Shown: piece by piece, positions 55,780 to 64,000 of the stretch
Numbering within the stretch: the stretch's first letter is position 1
Layout: every line of letters starts with the position of its first letter
Source of the DNA: Eledone cirrhosa
Taxonomy: Eukaryota
Direction: 5' to 3'
Length of the DNA: 64,000 bases
NCBI GenBank assembly: GCA_964016885.1
Contig: OZ024760.1
Span: 30,690,001 to 30,754,000 of the forward strand
Notes under the pieces: model-generated
What the model was told of the DNA's origin: nothing
The model's input: only the letters and a program-made list of their open reading frames with translations
The model's database searches: none
Position numbers and translations under genes: made by a program

Positions 55780-58700
55780 AATGTGTAATGTAATGTAATG
55801 TAATGTGTAATGTAATGTAATGTGTAATGTAATGTAATGTAATGTAATGTAATGTAATGTAATGTAATGTAATCTGTAATGTAATGTAATGTAATGTAAT
55901 GTGTAATGTAATGTAATGTAATGTAATGTAATGTAATGTAATATACCATAATGTAATGTGTAATGTAATGTAATGTATAATGTAATGTAATGTAATGTAA
56001 TGTAATGTAATGTAATGTAATGTAATGTGTAATGTGTAATGTAATGTAATGTAATGTAATGTGTAATGTAATGTAACGTAATGTAATGTGTAATGTAATG
56101 TAATGTAATGAAATGTAATATAATGTGTAATGTAATGTAATGTAAAGTGTAACGTGATGTAATGTAATGTAATGTAACGTAATGTGTAATGTAATGTAAT
56201 GTAATGTAATATAAAGTAATGTAATGTGTAATGTAATGTAATGTAATGTAATGTGTAATGTAATGTAATGTAATGTAATGTAATGTGTAATGTCATGTAA
56301 TGTAATGTAACGTGTAATGTAATGTAATGTAATGTGTAATGTAAGGTAACTTAATGTAATGTAATGTAACGTAATGTGTAATGTAATGTAATGTAATGTA
56401 ATCTAACGTGTAATTTAATGTCATGTAATGTAATGTAATGTAATGTAATGTAATGTAATGTAATGTAATGTATGGTAATGTAATGTAATGTAATGTGTAA
56501 TGTAACGTAATGTAATGTAATGTAATGTAATGTAATGTGTAATGTAATGTAATGTAATGTAATGTAATGTGTAATGTAATGTAATGTAATGTAATGTAAT
56601 ATAATGTAATGTGTAATGTAATGTAATGTAATGTAATGTAATGTGTAATGTAATGTAATGTGTAATGTAATGTAATGTACTATGTAATGTCATGTAATGT
56701 AATATGATGTGTAATCTAATGTAATGTAATGTAATGTAATGTAATGTAACGTGTAATGTAACGTAATGTAATGTAATGTAACGTGTAATGTAATGTAATG
56801 TAATGTAATGTAATGTAATGTAATGTCTAATGTAATGTAATGTAATGTAATGTAATGTGTAATGTAATGTAATGTAATGTAATGTAATGTGTAATGTAAT
56901 GTGTAATGTAATGTAATGTAATGTAATGTAATGTAATGTAATGTAATGTGTAATGTAATGTGTAATGTAATGTAATGTAATGTATAATGTAATGTAATGT
57001 AATGTAATGTGTAACGTAATGTAATGTAATGTAATGTAATGTGTAATGTGTAATGTGTAATGTAATGTAATGAAATATAATGTAATGTAATTTAATGTAA
57101 TGTAATGTGTAATGTAATGTAATGTAATGTAATGTAATGTAATGTAATGTAATGTGTCATGTAATGTAATGTAATGTAATGTAATGTGTAATGTAATGTA
57201 ATGTAATGTAATGTGTAATATGTAATGTAATGTAATGTAATGTAATGTAATATGTAATGTATTATAATATGATATAATATAATATAATATAATATAATAT
57301 AATATGTAATGTAATGTAATGTAATATAATGTAACGTAATGTTTAATGTAATGTAATGTGTAATGTAATGTAATGTAATGTAATGTGTAATGTAATGTAA
57401 AGTGTAATGTAATGTAATGTAATGTAATGTAATGTAATGTAATGTAATGTGTAATGTGTAATGTAATGTAATGTAATGTAATGTAATGTAATGTAATGTA
57501 ATGTGTAATGTAATGTAATGTAATGTAATGTAATGTAATGTGTAATGTAATGTAATGTAATGTAATGTGTAATGTAATGTAATGTAATGTAATGTAATGT
57601 AATGTGTAATGTAATGTAATGTAATGTAATGTAATGTGTAATGTAATGTAATGTAATGTAATGTATAATGTAATGTAATGTAATGTAATGTAATGTAATG
57701 TAATGTAATGTAATGTAATGTAATGTAATGTAATGTAATGTAATGTAATGTGTAATGTAATGTAATGTAATGTAATGTAATGTTATGTAATGTGTAATGT
57801 AAGGTAATGTAACGTAATGCAAGGTAATGTAATATGTAATGTAATGTAATGTAATGTGTAATGTAAGGTAATGTAATGTAATGTAATGTAATGTGTAATG
57901 TAATGTAATGTAATGTAATGTGGAATGTAATGTAATGTAATGTAATGTAACGTGTAATGTAATGTAATGTAATGTGTAATGTAATGTAATGTAATGTAAT
58001 GTAATGTAATGTAATGTGTAATGTAATGTAATGTAATGTAATGTAACGTAATGTGTAATGTAATATAATGTAATGTAATGTAATGTAATGTAATGTGTAA
58101 TGTAATGTAATGTAATGTGTAATGTAATGTAACGTAACGTAATGTAGTGTGTAATGTAATGTTTAATGTAATGTAATGTAATGTAATATGTAATGTATTG
58201 TAATGTAATGTAATGTAATGTAATGTAATGTAATATAATGTAATGTAATTTAAGGTAATGTAATGTAATGTAATGTGTAATGTAATGTAATGTAATGTGT
58301 AATGTAATGTAATGTAATGTGTAATGTAATGTAATGCGTAATGTAATGTAACGTAATGTAATGTAATGTAATTTAATGTAATGTAATGTAACGTAATGTG
58401 TAATGTAATGTGTAATGTAATGTAATGTAATCTGTAATGTAATGTAACGTAATGTAATGTGTAATGTAATGTAACGTAATGTAATGTGTAATGTAATGTA
58501 ATGTAATATAATGTAATGTAATATAATGTAATGTAATGTGTAATGTAATGTAATGTAATGTAAAGTTATGTAATGTAATGTGTAATGTAATGTAATGTAA
58601 TATAATGTAATTTAATGTAAGGTAATGTAATGTAAAGTGTAATGTAATGTAATGTAATGTAATGTAATGTAATGTAATGTAATGTAATGTAATGTAATGT

Positions 58701-58868
58701 GTAATGTAATGTAATATAATGTAATGTAATGTAATGTGTAATGTAATGTAATGTAATGTAATGTAATGTAATATAATGTGTAATGTAATGTAATGTAATG
58801 TGTAATGTAATGTAATGTAATGCAATGCAATGCAATGTAATGTAATGTAATGTGTAATGTAATGTAAT

Positions 58869-58972
58869 TGTTTCTACTTTTGGCACAAGGCCAGCAATTA
58901 CCCAGTGCATTACTGGTACTTTATTTTATCGACCCCGTAAGGATGAAAGGCAAAGTCAACCTCGGCGGGATT
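58869..58972 (-). mobile_element. SINE copy 26, 5'-truncated to 104 bp
   Basis: Same as copy 14. Confidence 0.87.
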
Positions 58973-61736
58973 GTGTAATGTAATGTAATGTAATGTAATG
59001 TAATGTAATGTAATGTGTAATGTAATGTAATGTAATGTAATGTAATGTAATGTAATGTAATATGTAATGTATTATAATATAATATAATATGATATAATAT
59101 AATATAATATAATATAATATAATATAATATAATATGTAATGTAATGTAATGTAATGTAATGTAATGTAACGTAATGTTTAATGTAATGTAACGTGTAATG
59201 TAATGTAATGTAATGTAATGTAATGTGTAATGTAATGTAATGTGTAATGTAATGTAATGTAAAGTAATGTAATGTAATCTGTAATGTAATGTAATGTAAT
59301 GTAATGTAATGTAATGTAATGTGTAATGTGTAATGAAATGTAATGTAATGTAATGTGTAATGTGTAATGTAATGTAATGTAATGTAATGTAATGTAACGT
59401 AATGTGTAATGTAATGTAATGTAATGTAATGTAATGTAATGTAATGTAATGTGTAATGTAATGTAATGTAATGTAGTGTGTAATGTAATGTAATGTAATG
59501 TAATGTGTAATGTGTAATGTAATGTAATGTAATGTAATGTGATGTAATGTGTAATGTAATGTAATGTAATGTAATGTATAATGTAATGTAATGTAATGTA
59601 ATGTAATGTGTAATGTAATGTAATGTAATGTAATGTAATGTAATGTAATGTAATGTAATGTAATGTAATGTATAATGTAAGGTAACGTAATGTAATGTAA
59701 TGTGTAATGTAATGTAATGTAATATAATGTGTAATGTAAAGTAATGTAATGTAATGTAATGTAATGTGTAATGTAATTTAATGTAATGTAATGTAATGTT
59801 ATGTAATGTAATGTGTAAGGTGTAATGTAATGTAATGTAATGTTATGTAATGTAATGTAATGTGTAAGGTGTAATGTAATGTAATGTAATGTAATGTAAT
59901 GTGTAATGTAATGTAATGTAATGTAATGTTATGTAATGTGTAATGTAAGGTAATGTAACGTAATGCAATGTAATGTAATATGTAATGTAATGTAATGTAT
60001 TGTGTAATGTAAGGTAATGTAATGTAATGTAATGTAATGTAATGTAATGTAATGTAATGTGTAAGGTAATGTAATGTAATGTAATGTGGAATGTAACGTA
60101 ATGTAATGTAATGTGTAATGTAATGTAATGTAATGTGTAATGCAATGTAATGTAATGTAATGTAATGTAATGTAATGTGTAATGTAATGTAATGTCATGT
60201 GTAATGTAATGTAACGTAATGTAATGTAACGTAATGTGTAATGTAATATAATGTAATGTAATGTAATGTAATGTAATGTAATGTAATGTAATGTGTAATG
60301 TAATGTTTAATGTAATGTAATGTAATGTAATATGTAATGTAATGTAATGTAATGTAATGTAATGTAATGTAATATAATGTAATGTAATGTAATGTAATTT
60401 AAGGTAATGTAATGTAATGTAATGTAATGTGTAATGTAATGTAATGTAATGTGTAACGTAATGTAATGTAATGTAATGTAATGTAATGTGTAATGTAATG
60501 TAATGTAATGCGTAATGTAATGTAACGTAATGTAATGTAATGTAATTTAATGTAATGTAATGTAACGTAATGTGTAATGTAATGTGTAATGTAATGTGTA
60601 ATGTAATGTAATGTAATCTGTAATGTAACGTAATGTAATGTGTAATGCAATGTAATGTAATGTAATGTGTAATGTAGTATAATGTAATATAATGTAATGT
60701 AATATAATGTAATGTAATGTGTAATGTAATGTAATGTAATGTAAAGTTATGTAATATAATGTGTAATGTAATGTAATGTAATATAATGTAATTTAATGTA
60801 AGGTAATGTAATGTAATGTAATGTAATGTAATGTAATGTGTAATGTAATGTAATGTAATGCACTGTAATGTAATGTAATGTAATGTAATGTAATGTAATG
60901 TAATGTAATCTAATGTGTAATGTAATGTAATGTAATGTGTAATGTAATGTAATGTAATGTAATGTAATGTAATGTATTGTAATGTAATGTAATGTGTAAT
61001 GTAATGTAATGTGTAATGTAATGTGATGTAATGCAATGTAATGTAATGTGTAATGTAATGTGTGATGTAATGTAGTGTAATGTAATGTAATGTAATGTAA
61101 TATGTAATGTAATATAATATAATATTATATAATATAAAATAAGATAATATACTATGTAATGTAATGTACTGTAATGTAATGTAATGTAATGTAATGTAAT
61201 GTAATGTAATGTAATGTAATGTAATGTAATGTAATGTGTAATGTAATGTAATGTAATGTGTAATGTAATGTAATGTAATGTAATGTAATGTAATGTATTG
61301 TAATGTAATGTAATGTAATGTGTAATGTAATGTGATGTAATGTAATGTAATGTAATGTGTAATGTAGTGTAATGTAATGTAATGTGTAATATAATGTGTA
61401 ATGTAATGTAATGTAATGTAATATAATCTAATGTAATGTAATGTAATGTAATATAATGTAAAGTGTAATGTAATGTAATGTAATGTAATGTAATGTGTAA
61501 TGTAATGTAATGCAACATAATGTGTAATGTAATGTAATGTAATGTAATGTAATGTAATGTAACGTAATGTAATGTAATGTAACGTGTAATGTAATGTAAT
61601 GTAATGTAATGTAATATGTAATGTAATATAATATAATATTATATAATATAAAATAAGATAATATACTATGTAATGTAATGTAATGTAATGTAATGTAATG
61701 TAAAGTAATGTAACGTAATGTAATGTGTAATGTAAT

Positions 61737-61920
61737 TGTTTCTACTTTAGGCACAAGGCCAGCAATTACCCAGTGCATTACTGGTACTTTATTTTATCGA
61801 CTCCGTAAGGATGAAAGGCAAAGTCAACCTCGGCGGGATTTGAACTCAGATCGTAAAGGGACGTAACTATGCTGGAAAGCATGGCGTCTGACCCTCTACC
61901 GATACTGCCAATCCACCGCC
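61737..61920 (-). mobile_element. SINE copy 27, full length, subfamily B
   Basis: B diagnostics with private variant cgacTccg. Confidence 0.88.
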
Positions 61921-64000
61921 AATGTGTAATGTAATGTAATGTAATGTGTAATGTAATGTAATGTGTAATGTAATGTAATGTAATGTAATGTAATGTAATG
62001 TAATCTGTAATTTAATGTAATGTAATGTAATGTAATCTGTAATGTAATGTAATGTAATGTAATGTGTAATGTAATGTAATGTAATGTAATATACCGTAAT
62101 GTAATGTGTAATGTAAAGTAATGTATAATGTAATGTAATGTAATGTAATGTAATGTGTAACATAATGTAATGTAATGTAATGTAATGTGTAATGTTAAAT
62201 GTAATGTAATGTAATGTAATGTGTAATGTAATGTAACGTAATGTAATGTGTAATGTAATGTAATGTAATGAAATGTAATATAATGTGTAATGTAATGTAA
62301 TGTAATGTAATGTAAAGTGTAACGTAATGTAATGTAATGTAATGTAATGTAATGTGTAACGTAATGTAATGTAACGTAATGTGTAATGTAATGTAATGTA
62401 ATTTAATGTAATGTGTAATGTAATGTAATGTAATGTAATGTAATGTAATGTAATGTGTAATGTAATGTAATGTAATATAATATAATATAATATAACATAA
62501 TATAATATAATATAATACAATATGTAATGTAATGTAATGTAATGTGTAATGTAATGTAATGTAATGTAATGTAATGTAATGTAATGTAATGTAATGTGTA
62601 ATGTAATGTAATGTAATTTAATGTGTAATGTAATGTAATGTAATGTGTAATGTAATGTAATGTGTAATGTAATGTAATGTAATGTAATATAATGTAATGT
62701 AATGTAATGTAATCTGTAATGTAATGTAATGTAATGTAATGTGTAATGTAATGTAATGTAATGTAATGTAATGTAATGTACCGTAATGTAATGTGTAATG
62801 TAATGTAATGTATAATGTAATGTAATGTAATGTAATGTAATGTAATGTTATGTGTAACGTAATGTAATGTAATGTAATGTAATGTAATGTAATGTGTAAT
62901 GTGTAATGTGTAATGTAATGTAATGTAATGTAATGTAATGTAATGTAATGTAATGTAATGTAATGTGTAATGTAATGTAATGTAATGTAATGTAGTGTAA
63001 TGTAATGTAATGTGTAATGTAATGTAATGTAATGTGTAATGTCATGTAATGTAATGTAATGTAATGTAATGTAATGTAATGTATAATGTAAGGTAACGTA
63101 ATGTAATGTAACGTAATGTAACGTGTAATGTAATGTAATGTAATGTAATGTGTAATGTAATGTAATGTAATGTAATGTAATGTAATGTAATGTAATGTAA
63201 TGTGTAAGGTGAAATGTAATGTAATGTATTATAATGTAATGTGTAATGTAACGTAACGTAATGTGTAATGTAATGTAATGTAATGTAATGTGTAATGTAA
63301 TGTAATGTAATGTAATGTAATGTAATGCAATGTAATGTAATGTAATGGGTAATGTAATGTAACGTAATGTGTAATGTAATGTAACGTAATGTGTAATGTA
63401 ATGTAATGTAATGTATAATGTAATGTAATGTAATGTAATGTAATGTAATGTAATGTAATGTAATGTAATGTAATGTGTAAGGTGTAAGGTGTAATGTAAT
63501 GTAATGTAATATAATGTAATGTGTAATGTAATGTAACGTAATGTGTAATGTAATGTAATGTAATGTAGTGTAATGTAATGTGTAATGTAATGTAATGTAA
63601 TGTGCAATGTAATGTAATGTAATATAATATAATATAATATAATATAACATCACATAATATGTAATGAAATGTAATGTAATGTAATGTAATGTAATGTAAT
63701 GTAACGTGTAATGTCATGTAGTGTAATGTAATGTAATGTAATATAATGTAATGTAATGTAATGTAATGTAATGTAATGTAATGTAATGTAATGTAATGTA
63801 ATGTAATGTGTAAAGTAGGGTAACGTAATGTAATGTAATGTAATGTAATGTGTAATGTAATGTAATGTAATGTAACGTAATGTGTAATCTAATGTAATGT
63901 GTAATGTAATGTAATATAATATAATATAATATAATATAATATAACATCACATAATATGTAATGTAATGTAATGTAATGTAATGTAATGTGTAATGTCATG

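Larger units (their letters stand above)
1..64000. repeat. (AATGT)n/(ACATT)n pentanucleotide satellite array, interrupted only by SINE copies
   Basis: Direct reading: AATGT tandem units run throughout with constant strand polarity. Frequent 7-mer AATGTGT units and single-base variant units. Confidence 0.99.

Noticed and set aside
325-63950. Numerous long minus-strand ORFs encoding (HYITL)n
   Set aside because: (ACATT)n has no stop codon in any frame (CAT TAC ATT ACA TTA), while the plus strand has TAA in all frames. The ORFs overlap in all three frames and shift frame at every 7-mer, so they are satellite artefacts.

Overview
This window is non-coding eukaryotic satellite DNA. About 93% is a pentanucleotide satellite, (AATGT)n / (ACATT)n, carrying recurrent variant units (AATGTGT, AATAT, AACGT, AAGGT, AAAGT, AATGC). 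The only complex sequence is one ~184-bp tRNA-derived SINE on the minus strand, with Pol III A and B boxes, a conserved central box and a 3' end fused directly to (ACATT)n. It occurs 28 times in the same orientation: 18 full-length, 8 truncated to ~104 bp, 1 truncated to 78 bp and 1 cut by the window edge. From memory it resembles octopus (cephalopod) SINEs, but I have not verified this by a search. All ORFs in the track (HYITL repeats) are artefacts of the satellite. The most notable signals are: truncations only at the SINE 5' end; apparent 17-20 bp target-site duplications marked by satellite variants; paralogous empty sites; and T4 Pol III terminators placed just downstream of the SINEs. 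Together these suggest a satellite-targeting SINE whose copies were then amplified in nested higher-order repeats (about 2, 3.4, 3.8, 4.2, 24 and 41 kb), with recombination inside the SINE.
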